Below, one piece after another: positions 28,098-39,602 of a DNA stretch of 64,000 bases. The notes under the pieces are model-generated. The model saw only the letters and a list, made by a program, of their open reading frames with translations. It was not told where the DNA came from and did no database searches. Source of the DNA: Candidatus Omnitrophota bacterium (GTDB lineage Bacteria; Omnitrophota; Gorgyraeia; Gygaellales; Profunditerraquicolaceae); NCBI GenBank assembly GCA_049517335.1, contig JBEKSD010000001.1, forward strand, positions 96,001 through 160,000. Direction: 5' to 3'. A program made the position numbers and the translations under genes. Each line of letters starts with the position of its first letter. Position 1 is the first letter of the stretch.

Positions 28098-30551
28098 ATG
28101 AGCGATAAGAGATTGTATCTAATTGACGCGACCGCATTCTGCTACCGGGCTTTTTATGCGCTCCCCGGTTTAACAACGTCTTCAGGCCAGCCGACGAACG
28201 CAGTTTATGGCTTTCTAAATATTCTCAATAAGGTTTTAAAAGAAAAAAAACCGCAATATCTGGCGGTTTGTTTTGACGTGTCGCGTAAGACCTTTCGTTC
28301 TAAAAAATTTGCCGAATATAAAATCCAGCGCCAGCCGATGCCGGATGACTTGATTAGCCAGATACCCCTGATTAAAGAGCTGGTTTCTGCTTACGGCCTG
28401 CCTTTATTTGAAAAAGAAGGCTTTGAAGCGGACGACATTATCGCGACCTTGGCTAAATCAGCTAAAGCCGAAGGGCTATTGGTAACGATAGTGAGCAATG
28501 ATAAGGATATATTACAGCTTGTGGATGACAAAGTTGAAGTCTTCAGCCCTTATAAAGATACGGGGGTAATTTATGATATTGAGAAAGTGCGCGAACGTTT
28601 CGACGTGTCTCCCGGCCAGATAGCCGATATTATCGCCCTAATGGGCGACAGCGTGGATAATATCCCGGGAGTTAAGGGAGTGGGCGAAAAGACAGCAAGT
28701 TCTTTAATCGCGCAATTTGGTAGCGTTGAAAAACTGCTTGAGCATCCTGAAAAAATAAAACAGGATAAATTAAAAAGCCTTATTCTTGAAAATATAGAAA
28801 TGATAAAATTGAACCGCGAGCTTGCGGTTTTATACGCCGATGTTGATATAGAATTTTCACTTGATAAAATTAAAATAGGCAGGCCCGATACAAAAGCACT
28901 CTATAGGATATTCAAAGCTTTGGAGTTCAGGAAGCTGCTTAAAGAATTCTCTCCTGAGCAGGGATTTGAACCGGCTGCCGCGGTAAAGCTTAAAGAAGAC
29001 GAATTAATCATACTTGCAGAGGAAATAAAAAATTATAATAAAGGTATTCTGAAAGATCCCAAGGTTAAAAAGATAGGCCATGATTTAAAAAAAATAAAGG
29101 TGAGCCTTGGGCAAGAGGGAGTAGCTTTTGAGGGTTTGTATTTTGATATTATGATCGCAGCATACCTCCTTAATCCTTCCCGGATGAGTTATTCATTGGA
29201 GGACGTGGCTTTTGATTATCTTAATGCATCCCCTATGGCAGCGCCAGACAGCAAGGCAGCTGAAAACATTATCGCCCGGTTAAAACCAGTATTGGAAAAA
29301 GAGCTTATTGAAAAGGATTTATTTAAGCTTTTCTGCGAACTTGAGATGCCCCTTGTTGGAGTATTATCTGAAATGGAGCTTTACGGCATAAAGATTGATA
29401 CGGATTTATTAAAGGATCTTTCTTCGCAGTTAGAGAAGAGGTTGATTAAACTGATTGAAGGCGTTTATGATTTGAGCGGGACGCAGTTTAATATAAATTC
29501 CCCCAAACAGTTAAGGGAGATCCTTTTTGAAAGATTGAAACTCCCCGTTATCAAGAAAACAAAGACCGGGCCGTCTACGGATGAAGAAGTCTTAAACAGG
29601 CTTGCTCATAAGCATAAGCTTCCCGCCCTGCTTTTGGAGTACCGCCAGTTGACTAAATTAAAGAATACCTATATTGACGCGCTGCCGGCACTTATTGATA
29701 AACGCACTGGTAGGATCCATACGTCTTTTAATCAAACCGGCACTGAAACCGGAAGGCTCAGTTCCAGTAACCCTAACCTCCAGAATATCCCGGTTAAAAC
29801 TGATATCGGCAGGAACATTAGGAAAGCAATTGTTGCCGAAGGGAAAGATTATTATCTTATATCAAGCGATTATTCGCAGGTTGAGCTGAGGATATTGGCC
29901 CATCTGTCCAGAGATGAAAAACTGATAACTGCATTCAGGGAGGACAAAGATATTCATAAGGCTACCGCAGCCTCCCTATACGATGTAGGCGAGCCGGAGG
30001 TTGATGACTCAATGCGCGAGACAGCCAAGCGGGTCAATTTCGGGCTTATTTACGGCCAGACTTCTTACGGTTTAAGCCGGGATTTAAAGATAAGCCCGCC
30101 TGATGCGCAAAATTTTATTGACGCTTATTTTATAAAATATCCCCGGGTTCGGGAATATATCAATGCACAGATAGCCACAGCAGAGGAGCGCGGTTTTGTC
30201 ACTACTATCCTCGGCCGGCGTAGGTACCTGCCGGAAATTAATAATAAGAATGCAAACATCCGCGCCTTTGCCCAGCGCCAGGCCGTGAATACTCCGATTC
30301 AGGGCTCGGCTGCGGATATGATAAAGCTGGCAATGATCCGTATCCAGGATGAAATAAGGGCGAATAACCTTAAGTCGCGCCTGGTTATGCAAATTCACGA
30401 CGAGCTGGTTTTTGAAGCGCCTAAAGATGAACTGAAAGAATTAACCTGCCTTGTGCGCCTTAAGATGGAGAATGTTTTTAAATTGAATGTTCCGATCAGG
30501 GTTGATATAAAACAGGGTAGGAATTGGCTGGAGATGGAGGCAGTCCGATAA
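28098..30551 (+). CDS. polA: DNA polymerase I (reduced 3'-5' exonuclease domain)
   Basis: 5' nuclease YRAFYALP, FEADD, GDSVDNIPGV.GVGEKTA; polymerase TGRLSSSNPNLQNIP, DYSQVELRILAHLS, AKRVNFG..YG, QIHDEL. Confidence 0.97.
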   Translation: MSDKRLYLIDATAFCYRAFYALPGLTTSSGQPTNAVYGFLNILNKVLKEKKPQYLAVCFDVSRKTFRSKKFAEYKIQRQPMPDDLISQIPLIKELVSAYGLPLFEKEGFEADDIIATLAKSAKAEGLLVTIVSNDKDILQLVDDKVEVFSPYKDTGVIYDIEKVRERFDVSPGQIADIIALMGDSVDNIPGVKGVGEKTASSLIAQFGSVEKLLEHPEKIKQDKLKSLILENIEMIKLNRELAVLYADVDIEFSLDKIKIGRPDTKALYRIFKALEFRKLLKEFSPEQGFEPAAAVKLKEDELIILAEEIKNYNKGILKDPKVKKIGHDLKKIKVSLGQEGVAFEGLYFDIMIAAYLLNPSRMSYSLEDVAFDYLNASPMAAPDSKAAENIIARLKPVLEKELIEKDLFKLFCELEMPLVGVLSEMELYGIKIDTDLLKDLSSQLEKRLIKLIEGVYDLSGTQFNINSPKQLREILFERLKLPVIKKTKTGPSTDEEVLNRLAHKHKLPALLLEYRQLTKLKNTYIDALPALIDKRTGRIHTSFNQTGTETGRLSSSNPNLQNIPVKTDIGRNIRKAIVAEGKDYYLISSDYSQVELRILAHLSRDEKLITAFREDKDIHKATAASLYDVGEPEVDDSMRETAKRVNFGLIYGQTSYGLSRDLKISPPDAQNFIDAYFIKYPRVREYINAQIATAEERGFVTTILGRRRYLPEINNKNANIRAFAQRQAVNTPIQGSAADMIKLAMIRIQDEIRANNLKSRLVMQIHDELVFEAPKDELKELTCLVRLKMENVFKLNVPIRVDIKQGRNWLEMEAVR

Positions 30552-30554
30552 TAA

Positions 30555-31940
30555 ATGAAAATAGCACTCTGCGCTTCTGAAGTCGTCCCATATGCTAAAA
30601 CCGGCGGGCTTGCCGATGTGGCAGGAGCTCTTCCGCAGGCATTGGAAAAAGAAGGCGAGGATGTGATAATCATCATGCCCAAATATAAAGGCATAGAGGA
30701 GCATTTTAAACTCACTAAAGTTTCGGATAATACAGTTTATACTTTACTTGGGAAACAAATAAAAGTTTATTTTATTGAAAACGAAGCTTATTTTAACCGC
30801 GACGCGCTTTATGGCACAAAAACGGGAGATTATGAAGACAACCTGGAGAGGTTCTCATATTACTCACGAAAGGCGCTTGCGCTGTTAAAAGAGATAAAGT
30901 TTAAAGCCGATATCATTCATGTCCATGACTGGCAGGTCAGCCTGATCCCGGTATATTTAAAGGCTGATTTGGCAAAAGACTCCTTTTACAGGAATATGCG
31001 CACGCTCCTGACAATACACAATATGGGTTATCAGGGGCTTTTTGAGAAAGATGAGTTCCCTAAGCTCGGGCTTAACTGGGATTTGTTCAGTATGGAAGGC
31101 CTGGAGTTCTTCGGCAGGGTGAATGTTTTAAAGGGTGGGATTATTTTTTCGGATATCATCAATACCGTCAGCCCTACTTACAGTAAAGAAATCCGTACTA
31201 AGCGTTTCGGGTTTGGCTTGGAGGGCGTATTAAACGAGCGCAAGGATTCTCTCTTTGGAATTTTAAACGGTCTTGATTATTCTATCTGGAATCCGGAGCA
31301 GGATAGGTTCATTGCCGGGGCATTCTCAGCCAAGAATCCGGAGGAAAAGCTTAAAAATAAAGAAGCCTTGCAAAAAATCTGCTCGCTCCCGGTTAACAAA
31401 GATATCCCTATTATCGGTATGGTTTCCCGCCTTGCGGAGCCTAAGGGTTTTGACATTATTTGCGAAGCTATTGGCGAAATATGCAGGATGAAGGCCCAAA
31501 TGGTAATCCTTGGCACGGGAGACCAGAAGTATCATGAGATATTGACACGCATCTCCGGAAAATACCCCAAATCTATCTCGTTGAATCTGAAATTCGATGA
31601 TCCTCTTGCCCATAAGATTTACGCCGGCTCGGACATATTCCTTATGCCTTCCAATTATGAACCGTGCGGCTTAGGGCAGTTGATTGCCTTTAAATACGGC
31701 AGCATACCGCTGGTTTTCAAGACCGGAGGTTTAGCCGACACCGTAAAAAAAGAAAACGGGTTTATTTTTGAAGATTATAATAAAGATGCTTTGATTAAAA
31801 CCATCAAACAGGCGCTGGATTTATTTAAAGATAAGCCGGTATGGGGTTCACTGGTTAGAAAAGCGATGCAGCTTGATTTTTCATGGGAAAAGTCAGCGAA
31901 GAAGTATCAGGAATTATATGCCAAGGCAAAAGCAAGGTAA
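30555..31940 (+). CDS. glgA: Glycogen synthase
   Basis: SEVVPYAKTGGLADV, HVHDWQ, TIHNMGYQG, MPSNYEPCGLGQ. Confidence 0.96.
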   Translation: MKIALCASEVVPYAKTGGLADVAGALPQALEKEGEDVIIIMPKYKGIEEHFKLTKVSDNTVYTLLGKQIKVYFIENEAYFNRDALYGTKTGDYEDNLERFSYYSRKALALLKEIKFKADIIHVHDWQVSLIPVYLKADLAKDSFYRNMRTLLTIHNMGYQGLFEKDEFPKLGLNWDLFSMEGLEFFGRVNVLKGGIIFSDIINTVSPTYSKEIRTKRFGFGLEGVLNERKDSLFGILNGLDYSIWNPEQDRFIAGAFSAKNPEEKLKNKEALQKICSLPVNKDIPIIGMVSRLAEPKGFDIICEAIGEICRMKAQMVILGTGDQKYHEILTRISGKYPKSISLNLKFDDPLAHKIYAGSDIFLMPSNYEPCGLGQLIAFKYGSIPLVFKTGGLADTVKKENGFIFEDYNKDALIKTIKQALDLFKDKPVWGSLVRKAMQLDFSWEKSAKKYQELYAKAKAR

Positions 31941-32544
31941 GCCGCTAATCATCGGCATAACCGGTAACTTAGGATGCGGGAAAAGCACGGTTGCGCGCTT
32001 ATTCAGGAAGTCGGGCGCGGAACTTATTGACGCTGATAAACTGGCCCACGATGCAATCAGCTTAAACGGGCCCTGCTATAAGAAAGTGGTTAAAGTTTTC
32101 GGGAACGCGATTCTAACCAAGGGCAAACGTATTGACCGCAGGAAACTGGGGAAGAAAGTATTTGAAGATAAAAGACTGCTGTTGCAGCTTAATCGCATAA
32201 TTCATCCAGAAGTCATCAGGCAGATAAAATTCAAAATAATGGAATCAAGAAAACAAGTAGTCGTCCTTGATGTCCCTCTTTTGATAGAATCTGGTTTAGA
32301 TAAAATTGTGGATAAAGTCATAGTGGTTAAAACTGACTTACGACATCAATTGATACGGATAAAAAATAAGCTTTCGTTGAGTGAATCCGAAGTATCTAAG
32401 CGGCTGAACTTCCAGCTGCCTCTTAGAGAAAAGGTTCGTTTGGCGGATTTTGTAATAGATAACAACGGTACGATAGGAAAAACTAAAAAACACTTTGGAG
32501 ATATTTTGATATCCTTACTCCACCGGAAGCGGAGTAAGGATTAA
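31918..32544 (+). CDS. coaE: Dephospho-CoA kinase
   Basis: IIGITGNLGCGKSTV, IDADKLAH, IIHPEV, DVPLLIE, ADFVIDNNG. Confidence 0.95.
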   Translation: MPRQKQGKPLIIGITGNLGCGKSTVARLFRKSGAELIDADKLAHDAISLNGPCYKKVVKVFGNAILTKGKRIDRRKLGKKVFEDKRLLLQLNRIIHPEVIRQIKFKIMESRKQVVVLDVPLLIESGLDKIVDKVIVVKTDLRHQLIRIKNKLSLSESEVSKRLNFQLPLREKVRLADFVIDNNGTIGKTKKHFGDILISLLHRKRSKD

Positions 32545-32587
32545 TTCGCACATCGGTTTACTCTCCGCCTGCGGCGGCTCGTAAGCC
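32511..32587. promoter_or_regulatory. Two tandem hairpins in the coaE 3' end / rho leader
   Basis: Perfect 11-bp stem ATCCTTACTCC/GGAGTAAGGAT, then GGTTTAC-TCT-CCGCC-TGC-GGCGG-CTC-GTAAGCC. Confidence 0.65.
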
Positions 32588-32610
32588 AAGTGCTCATTAA
32601 GGAGGAAGTA

Positions 32611-33867
32611 GTGGAAAAGCTGGATATAAAGAATCTGAAACAAATGAAAATCAATGAATTAAACAAGGTGGCTAAAGAATTGAATGTCAACGGAGTCAGC
32701 GGCCTTAAAAAACAGGATCTCATTTTCAAGATCCTTCAGGGCCAAGCGGAAAAAGAAGGGCTGATGTTCGGGGAAGGCGTACTTGAAATACTGCCGGAAG
32801 GGTTCGGGTTCTTACGTTCGCCAAATTACAATTACCTGCCTTGCCCCGATGATATCTATATTTCGCCTTCGCAGATACGCAAGTTTGATTTAAGGACAGG
32901 GGATACTGTAAGTGGCCAGATTAGGCCTCCGAAGGAGGGAGAGAAATATTTTGCTCTGCTTAAAGTTGAGGCGGTTAATTTTGAGAATCCGGAAGACGTA
33001 AAGGAGAAGGTGCTTTTTGATAATCTTACTCCCGTATATCCTAACCAGCCGTTTATTATGGAGACAAAACCCGAAGAAATCTCCATGCGCATAATGAGTT
33101 TGCTTACCCCCATCGGCAAGGGGCAGCGCGCGCTGATTGTTGCTCAGCCATATAGCGGTAAGACCGTGCTCTTACAGAAAATAGCCAACTCTATCACGAC
33201 GAACCATCCTGACGCGATATTGATTGTTCTCTTAATTGATGAGCGTCCGGAGGAAGTTACGGACATGCAAAGGAACGTCAAGGGCGAGGTTATCTCGTCC
33301 ACTTTTGACGAGCCGCCGGAAAGGCACGTGCAGGTAGCGGAAATTGTCCTTGAAAAAGCAAAGAGGCTGGTAGAGCATAAGCGTGACGTAATTATCCTGC
33401 TTGACTCTATTACCCGCCTGGCGCGCGCTTACAACTCGGTTGTGCCTCACAGCGGCAAGGTCTTATCAGGAGGTATTGACTCAAATGCCCTGCAGAAACC
33501 AAAGAGGTTTTTCGGAGCTGCTAGAGCAGTGGATGAAGGAGGAAGCCTGACAATTATTGCTACTGCTTTAGTTGATACCGGAAGTCGTATGGATGAAGTT
33601 ATCTTTGAGGAATTCAAAGGCACGGGTAACATGGAAATCCAGCTTGACCGTAACCTTTTCCAACGCAGGATTTACCCGGCAATTGATATCAAGCGCTCCA
33701 ATACCCGGCATGAAGAACTTTTGGTCAAGCCTGATGTCTTGCAGAAGACATGGATTTTAAGGAAAGTTTTGAATGAATTAAACAACGTTGAAGCAATGGA
33801 ACTGCTAATTGAGAAATTAGGAAAAACTAAAAATAATGAGGAATTTTTGGCCAGTATGAACCAATAA
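32611..33867 (+). CDS. rho: Transcription termination factor Rho
   Basis: [56 protein letters not shown] 32611 follows AAGGAGG. Confidence 0.98.
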   Translation: MEKLDIKNLKQMKINELNKVAKELNVNGVSGLKKQDLIFKILQGQAEKEGLMFGEGVLEILPEGFGFLRSPNYNYLPCPDDIYISPSQIRKFDLRTGDTVSGQIRPPKEGEKYFALLKVEAVNFENPEDVKEKVLFDNLTPVYPNQPFIMETKPEEISMRIMSLLTPIGKGQRALIVAQPYSGKTVLLQKIANSITTNHPDAILIVLLIDERPEEVTDMQRNVKGEVISSTFDEPPERHVQVAEIVLEKAKRLVEHKRDVIILLDSITRLARAYNSVVPHSGKVLSGGIDSNALQKPKRFFGAARAVDEGGSLTIIATALVDTGSRMDEVIFEEFKGTGNMEIQLDRNLFQRRIYPAIDIKRSNTRHEELLVKPDVLQKTWILRKVLNELNNVEAMELLIEKLGKTKNNEEFLASMNQ

Positions 33868-33893
33868 TTTAGTACTCAGAAGGAGGAATCAAA

Positions 33894-34094
33894 ATGAAAG
33901 AAAAGATACATCCTAACTACAAGGAAAGTACGGTTATATGCGCCTGCGGAGAGACAATCCATACCCGTTCTACAAAGCCGAGCATAAGAGTGGAGATCTG
34001 CTCTAAATGCCATCCTTTTTTTACCGGGAAGCAGAAATTCGTTGATTCGGCGGGCCGCGTGGACAAGTTTATGAAAAAATACGGGAAAAAATAA
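33894..34094 (+). CDS. rpmE: 50S ribosomal protein L31 (Zn-binding form)
   Basis: [29 protein letters not shown]; SD AGGAGG. Confidence 0.97.
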   Translation: MKEKIHPNYKESTVICACGETIHTRSTKPSIRVEICSKCHPFFTGKQKFVDSAGRVDKFMKKYGKK

Positions 34095-34102
34095 TTAGCT
34101 AT

Positions 34103-35170
34103 ATGTTAGATAAGCTGAGTAAATTTGAAGCCCGCCATAAGGAGATTGAGGAGCAGCTTTCGCTTCCCGAGATATCTTCTGATATCGACAAATCCACCAA
34201 GCTTGCCAAGGAACTTGCGGAGCTAAGGGGGCCGGTTATGCTTGCGCGTTCTTACAGACAGGTCTTAAAAGAGATTGAAGACCTACAGGGTGTTTTAAAA
34301 GAAAAACACGATAAGGATTTTCTGGAGTTGGTAAAAATAGAAGAACGCGATTTGGGGATAAGAAAACAGGAATTAGAAACTGCCATAAAAAAATATCTGG
34401 CAGGCGATGATAAAGACGCAGGCCGGGATATTATCGTGGAGGTTCGGCCGGGAACAGGAGGGGATGAGGCAGGTATTTTTGCCGCTGACCTTTACCGTAT
34501 GTATACTAAATACGCGGCTAAAAAGGGCTGGCAAGTTGAAGAGATGGGGGGCAGTTTTAATGAAGCCGGCGGCGTAAAGGAGGTAATTTTCAGCGTAAAA
34601 GGCTCTGACGCTTATAGGCGTCTGAAATTTGAAAGCGGCGTGCATAGGGTGCAGCGCGTACCGGTAACCGAAGCGCAGGGTAGGGTGCATACTTCTACTG
34701 CTTCCGTCGTTGTTTACGTTGAGCCTCAGGAAGTTGATTTAGTGATTGAGCCGAAAGATCTACGGATTGATACTTACCGCTCAAGCGGCCCCGGCGGCCA
34801 GCATATGCAAAAGACGGATTCAGCGGTGCGCATCACGCATATCCCATCAGGGGTTGTGGTCGCTTGCCAGGATGAACGCTCGCAGTTAAAAAATAAAAAT
34901 AAGGCAATGAGGATCCTTGCCGCAAAGCTCCTGGACAGAAAGAAAGAAGATGAAGCCAAGAAGCTTTCTACTGCCCGTAAGACCCAGATTGGGACAGGAG
35001 ACAGAAGCGAAAAAATACGCACTTATAATTTTCCGGATAGAAGGGTTACCGACCACCGTATTAATTATACCTCTCATCAGCTGGAATCTATTCTGGAAGG
35101 AGATTTGGATGAATTTACCGAAGCCCTGATTAAAGCTGAACAGGAGAAAAGAGAGCAGACAGGTGAATGA
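34103..35170 (+). CDS. prfA: Peptide chain release factor 1
   Basis: GTGGDEA, ESGVHRVQRVPVTE (PxT), GPGGQ, GDRSEKIRTYN. Confidence 0.97.
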   Translation: MLDKLSKFEARHKEIEEQLSLPEISSDIDKSTKLAKELAELRGPVMLARSYRQVLKEIEDLQGVLKEKHDKDFLELVKIEERDLGIRKQELETAIKKYLAGDDKDAGRDIIVEVRPGTGGDEAGIFAADLYRMYTKYAAKKGWQVEEMGGSFNEAGGVKEVIFSVKGSDAYRRLKFESGVHRVQRVPVTEAQGRVHTSTASVVVYVEPQEVDLVIEPKDLRIDTYRSSGPGGQHMQKTDSAVRITHIPSGVVVACQDERSQLKNKNKAMRILAAKLLDRKKEDEAKKLSTARKTQIGTGDRSEKIRTYNFPDRRVTDHRINYTSHQLESILEGDLDEFTEALIKAEQEKREQTGE

Positions 35171-35963
35171 AGTAGAATTATTATTTACTAAAGTTTTAAA
35201 CTGTAACAGGAACTCGCTTTACCTACGTAGAGATATAGTCCTAGATAAAGAAAAGCAGCTTATGATTTCATCCGCCCTGAAGAGGCGCATCAGTGGTGAA
35301 CCCATTCAGTATATTTTGGGCGAGTCGGAATTTATGGGATTGAATTTTAAGGTTAACAGGGATGTATTGATACCCCGGCCGGAAACGGAAATCCTTGTTG
35401 AAACAGCCGTCAAAATAGCTAATGCATATGGCAAAGCACGAGAGAATAGATGGATATCAATATTGGATCTGGGGACAGGTTCGGGATGCATAGCTGTATC
35501 GCTGGCTCAACTGTTATCCAGCGTTGAAATTACCGCTGTGGATATCTCCAAAGAGGCGCTCGCTGTGGCAAAACAAAATGCAATTATTAATAATGTTTCG
35601 GATAAAATTAAATTCCTAAAGAGCGATTTATTCAATGCCGTGATACCCGGTATGCGATATGACATATGCGTCAGTAACCCGCCTTATATATGTTCTTCGC
35701 AGATTGATAAACTTATGCCTGAAATACAATTTGAGCCGCGGGTTGCTTTTGACGCAGGAGAAGACGGCCTGGGTTTTTATCGCGAAATAATTAACAAAAC
35801 TCCTGTGTATCTTAAGAGGAAAGGTTATTTAATTTTAGAGGCGGGCTTTAATCAAGGCGCAGATATAAGAAAAATCCTTCAAAATTCCTTAAACTTTGAG
35901 ATAATAGAAGTGGTAAAGGATTACAACAGTATAGATAGGGTCATTGTTGCAAAGAACGGATAA
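35163..35963 (+). CDS. prmC: Release factor glutamine methyltransferase
   Basis: GEPIQYILG, VLIPRPETE, LDLGTGSG, SNPPY. Confidence 0.96.
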   Translation: MNEVELLFTKVLNCNRNSLYLRRDIVLDKEKQLMISSALKRRISGEPIQYILGESEFMGLNFKVNRDVLIPRPETEILVETAVKIANAYGKARENRWISILDLGTGSGCIAVSLAQLLSSVEITAVDISKEALAVAKQNAIINNVSDKIKFLKSDLFNAVIPGMRYDICVSNPPYICSSQIDKLMPEIQFEPRVAFDAGEDGLGFYREIINKTPVYLKRKGYLILEAGFNQGADIRKILQNSLNFEIIEVVKDYNSIDRVIVAKNG

Positions 35964-35968
35964 AAAAT

Positions 35969-37231
35969 ATGGATAAACTGGTTATTGAAGGCGGGGTAAA
36001 ACTTGAAGGGGAAGTAACGGTATCAGGCGCTAAGAATTCGGTGCTGCCGATTATGGCAGCTACTTTGCTCACTGATAATGCCTGCATTATTAAAGGCGTT
36101 CCGGAACTGCGCGATACCAACACTATGATTAAAATATTGCGTTCTCTGGGTAAGAACGCAGAATTGCAGAAAGGCGTAGCTACAATTACAACGGCCAAGA
36201 CAGGTAATTATATCGCCGATTATAAATTAGTTTCTACCATGCGCGCTTCTTTCTGTGTCTTAGGCCCGCTTTTGGGCAAATTAAAAAAAGCCAAAGTTTC
36301 CTTGCCCGGAGGCTGCATTATCGGCGTACGTCCAGTGGACCTGCATTTAAAGGGATTAAAAGCATTGGGCGTTGAGCTGGATATTAACTCCGGCTACGTA
36401 TCGGCAAAAGCCGACAAGTTAAAAGGTGCTCAAATGTACCTGGGAGGGGTATACGGCTCATCCGTATTGGCTACGGATAACGTAATGATGTGCGCAGTCC
36501 TGGCTAAGGGTAAAACAATAATTGAATGCGCCGCATGTGAGCCGGAAGTTGCGGATTTAGCTGAGTTTCTGATTAAAATGGGCGCAAAAATTAAAGGCCA
36601 CGGCACTCCCGTCATTGAAATTGAAGGAGTCACCCGCCTTCACGGAGCAACTCACACTATTATCCCCGACAGGATTGAAGCGGGCACGCTTATGCTCGCG
36701 TCTTTAATTACTAATGGCGATATTTTGATTAATAATGTTTTAGCCAGCCATATAGGCGCGTTAATTGATAAATTGCAGGAAGCGGGCGCTGTGGTTATCA
36801 AGGCGGATAATTCGGTGCGCGTGCGCCGTAGGGGCAAGTTAAAAGCAGTCAACGTCACAACCCTGCCTTATCCGGGTTTTCCCACTGATATGCAGGCGCA
36901 GATGATGGCGCTTATGACGGTAACGCCCGGCATAAGCGTCGTGACCGAGAAGATTTACCCGGACAGGTTTATGCATGTTTCCGAGCTCAACCGTATGGGC
37001 GCTAATATCCAAAGGGAAGGCCCGCACGCCATAGTTTCCGGTATTAAGAATTTATCCGGAGCTTCGGTCATGGCTTCGGATCTGCGTGCGTCCGCGTGTT
37101 TAGTGTTAGCTGGGCTTGCGGCGAAGGGTGAGACTTCAATTTCAAGGATTTATCACCTTGAGCGCGGATATGAAAACATTGAGACAAAGTTAGAAAAATT
37201 GGGAGCGAAAATCCACAGGGAAAGGGAATAA
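35969..37231 (+). CDS. murA: UDP-N-acetylglucosamine 1-carboxyvinyltransferase
   Basis: [42 protein letters not shown]. Confidence 0.97.
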   Translation: MDKLVIEGGVKLEGEVTVSGAKNSVLPIMAATLLTDNACIIKGVPELRDTNTMIKILRSLGKNAELQKGVATITTAKTGNYIADYKLVSTMRASFCVLGPLLGKLKKAKVSLPGGCIIGVRPVDLHLKGLKALGVELDINSGYVSAKADKLKGAQMYLGGVYGSSVLATDNVMMCAVLAKGKTIIECAACEPEVADLAEFLIKMGAKIKGHGTPVIEIEGVTRLHGATHTIIPDRIEAGTLMLASLITNGDILINNVLASHIGALIDKLQEAGAVVIKADNSVRVRRRGKLKAVNVTTLPYPGFPTDMQAQMMALMTVTPGISVVTEKIYPDRFMHVSELNRMGANIQREGPHAIVSGIKNLSGASVMASDLRASACLVLAGLAAKGETSISRIYHLERGYENIETKLEKLGAKIHRERE

Positions 37232-37233
37232 AA

Positions 37234-37797
37234 ATGGTATTAATGCTTGATAATTACGATTCTTTTACCTATAACCTTGTCCAGTATCTGGGAGCATTGG
37301 GCGAAGAGGTGAAGGTATTCCGTAATGACAAGATAACTATACCCAAAATCAGGAAGTTGAGGCCTGAAAAAATCGTTATTTCTCCCGGTCCGGGAAGGCC
37401 TGAGGATGCGGGCATCTCCTGTGAGTTAATTGGTGAGTTCGCAGGAAAAATCCCTATTTTAGGCGTCTGCCTCGGCCATCAGGCTATCGGGTATGTTTTC
37501 GGTGGACGTATAATAAATGCCAGAAATTTAATGCACGGGAAAACTTCTTTGATATACCATACCGGAGAAACCATATTTAAAGGCATACCCAATCCTTTTG
37601 AGGCAACCCGGTATCATTCATTGCTGGTTGATTCCAAAAATCTCCCCGCGTGCCTTAAGGTTATTGCCTGGACTAAGAATAAAGAAATAATGGGCTTGAA
37701 ACACAAGTCGTATCCGTTATGGGGAGTGCAGTTTCATCCGGAGTCCGTGCTTACAAAAAGCGGCATGGATATTTTGGCTAACTTTCTGAAGCAATGA
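37234..37797 (+). CDS. trpG: Anthranilate synthase component II / glutamine amidotransferase (TrpG/PabA)
   Basis: [36 protein letters not shown]. Confidence 0.93.
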   Translation: MVLMLDNYDSFTYNLVQYLGALGEEVKVFRNDKITIPKIRKLRPEKIVISPGPGRPEDAGISCELIGEFAGKIPILGVCLGHQAIGYVFGGRIINARNLMHGKTSLIYHTGETIFKGIPNPFEATRYHSLLVDSKNLPACLKVIAWTKNKEIMGLKHKSYPLWGVQFHPESVLTKSGMDILANFLKQ

Positions 37798-38807
37798 TAG
37801 ATGAAGCGATAAAAATCGTTCAAGGGGGTGCGGATCTTTCTGAAAAACAGATGTCCTGCGTTATGGAAGAGATTTTAACCGGGCGAGCATTGACTGCGCA
37901 GATAGTTTCTTTCCTTTGTGTCTTAAATGACAAAGGCGAGAGCATTGAAGAAGTGAGCGCAGCGGTAAAAGTGATGCGCACCCATGCAACGCAGGTCCAT
38001 ACAAAACAGGATGTTATTCTGGACACCTGCGGTACGGGCGGGGACAGCAAAGAGACTTTTAATATCTCAACTACCGTTGCTTTTGTGGCGGCTGCAAGCG
38101 GCGTGGCAGTTGCCAAGCACGGTAATCGTTCGGTATCCAGTGCATCCGGAAGCGCGGATATACTGGAAGCATTAGGGGTAAATATAAATTTAAGCAAAGA
38201 GAAATTAGGCGAGTGCCTTGATCAGGCCGGCATTGCTTTTTTATTCGCGCAGAGCCTGCATCCGGCGATGAAATATGCGATGGAAGCCAGAAAGAAAATC
38301 GGAAGGCGCACGATTTTTAATATTATCGGTCCCTTAAGTAACCCTGCGCATGCGACCCATCAGTTGGTGGGGGTTTTTGCCGCGCATTGGGTGTCTTTCT
38401 TAGCGCAGGTTTTAGCAAGGCTCGGGACAAGGCACGCCTTAGTCGTGCATGGGCAAGACGGCCTGGATGAGGTAACTACGACTGCGAAGACCATGATTTC
38501 CGAAGTGAAAGACGGTAAAGTCAGGAATTATGAAATATTCCCCGATGAATTTGGGATAAAAAAAGCAAGGCTTGAGGATTTATCCGGAGCAAGTCCGCGG
38601 GAAAACGCACTTATACTCCTTGATATTTTAAAAGGTAAAAAAAGCGCAGGTAGGGATATCGTGATATTGAATTCCGCGGCGGCAATATATGCGGCAGATA
38701 AAGTGAAAAGCATTAAAGAGGGGATAATTGCGGCAGAAGAAGCGATTGATTCTGGAAAAGCGCTGGAGAAGCTGGAAATGCTCAAGGAGTTTACGTCGAG
38801 AAATTAA
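37794..38807 (+). CDS. trpD: Anthranilate phosphoribosyltransferase
   Basis: DTCGTGGD...[27 protein letters not shown]. Confidence 0.96.
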   Translation: MIDEAIKIVQGGADLSEKQMSCVMEEILTGRALTAQIVSFLCVLNDKGESIEEVSAAVKVMRTHATQVHTKQDVILDTCGTGGDSKETFNISTTVAFVAAASGVAVAKHGNRSVSSASGSADILEALGVNINLSKEKLGECLDQAGIAFLFAQSLHPAMKYAMEARKKIGRRTIFNIIGPLSNPAHATHQLVGVFAAHWVSFLAQVLARLGTRHALVVHGQDGLDEVTTTAKTMISEVKDGKVRNYEIFPDEFGIKKARLEDLSGASPRENALILLDILKGKKSAGRDIVILNSAAAIYAADKVKSIKEGIIAAEEAIDSGKALEKLEMLKEFTSRN

Positions 38808-38809
38808 AC

Positions 38810-39601
38810 ATGGCAAAGACAGACATCTTGAAGGACATCATCGCAAAAAAAAGAGAAAAGATACTTTTAGCCAAACAACTCCTGCCCGAAGAGGAATTAA
38901 AAGCAAAAATCAGTACACTTCCGGCGGTAAGGCCGTTCATTGAGGCAATAAAAAAACCGCGCCAGATTTCCCTTATCGCCGAAATCAAAAAGGCATCCCC
39001 GTCTTTGGGGGTAATTAAGGAAGATTTTAACCATATTGAGATAGCCAGAGTTTATCAGGAAGCAAGAGTGCAGGCGATATCTGTTTTAACCGAAAGCGAT
39101 TATTTTCAAGGAGAGATAAATTTTATCAATGAGGTTAAAGCGGTAACGGAAGCCCCAGTTTTAAGGAAAGATTTTATTTTAGAGCCTTATCAGGTTTATG
39201 AATCGCGTTATTTCGGGGCCGATGCCATACTTTTAATTGCCGATATATTGACGCAGGAGGAAATATCCGAATTATCAACGCTCGCTTCCGGTTTAGGGCT
39301 TGCCTGTTTGGTTGAGGTGCATACGGAAAAAGAGTTAAAGAAAATATTAAAATTAAAAGATATCCCTTTAATCGGCATTAATAACCGTTCTCTGCGCACG
39401 CTTGAGGTTGACCCAAAAACAGTGGAAAAGCTTTATACTCTCATCCCTAAAAATAAGGTAGTGGTGGTTGAAAGTGGGATAAAAAGCTATCAGGACGTTC
39501 TGTTCCTGAAAATACTGGGCGTCAATGCCGTTCTCATCGGTACTGCTTTTATGCAGGCTAAGGATATACGCCGCGCCATTGACGAAATAATGGGATGGTG
39601 A
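38810..39601 (+). CDS. trpC: Indole-3-glycerol phosphate synthase
   Basis: IAEIKKASPS.G, ISVLTE, LRKDFI, LVEVH, GINNR, ESGI. Confidence 0.96.
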   Translation: MAKTDILKDIIAKKREKILLAKQLLPEEELKAKISTLPAVRPFIEAIKKPRQISLIAEIKKASPSLGVIKEDFNHIEIARVYQEARVQAISVLTESDYFQGEINFINEVKAVTEAPVLRKDFILEPYQVYESRYFGADAILLIADILTQEEISELSTLASGLGLACLVEVHTEKELKKILKLKDIPLIGINNRSLRTLEVDPKTVEKLYTLIPKNKVVVVESGIKSYQDVLFLKILGVNAVLIGTAFMQAKDIRRAIDEIMGW

Positions 39602-39602
39602 A

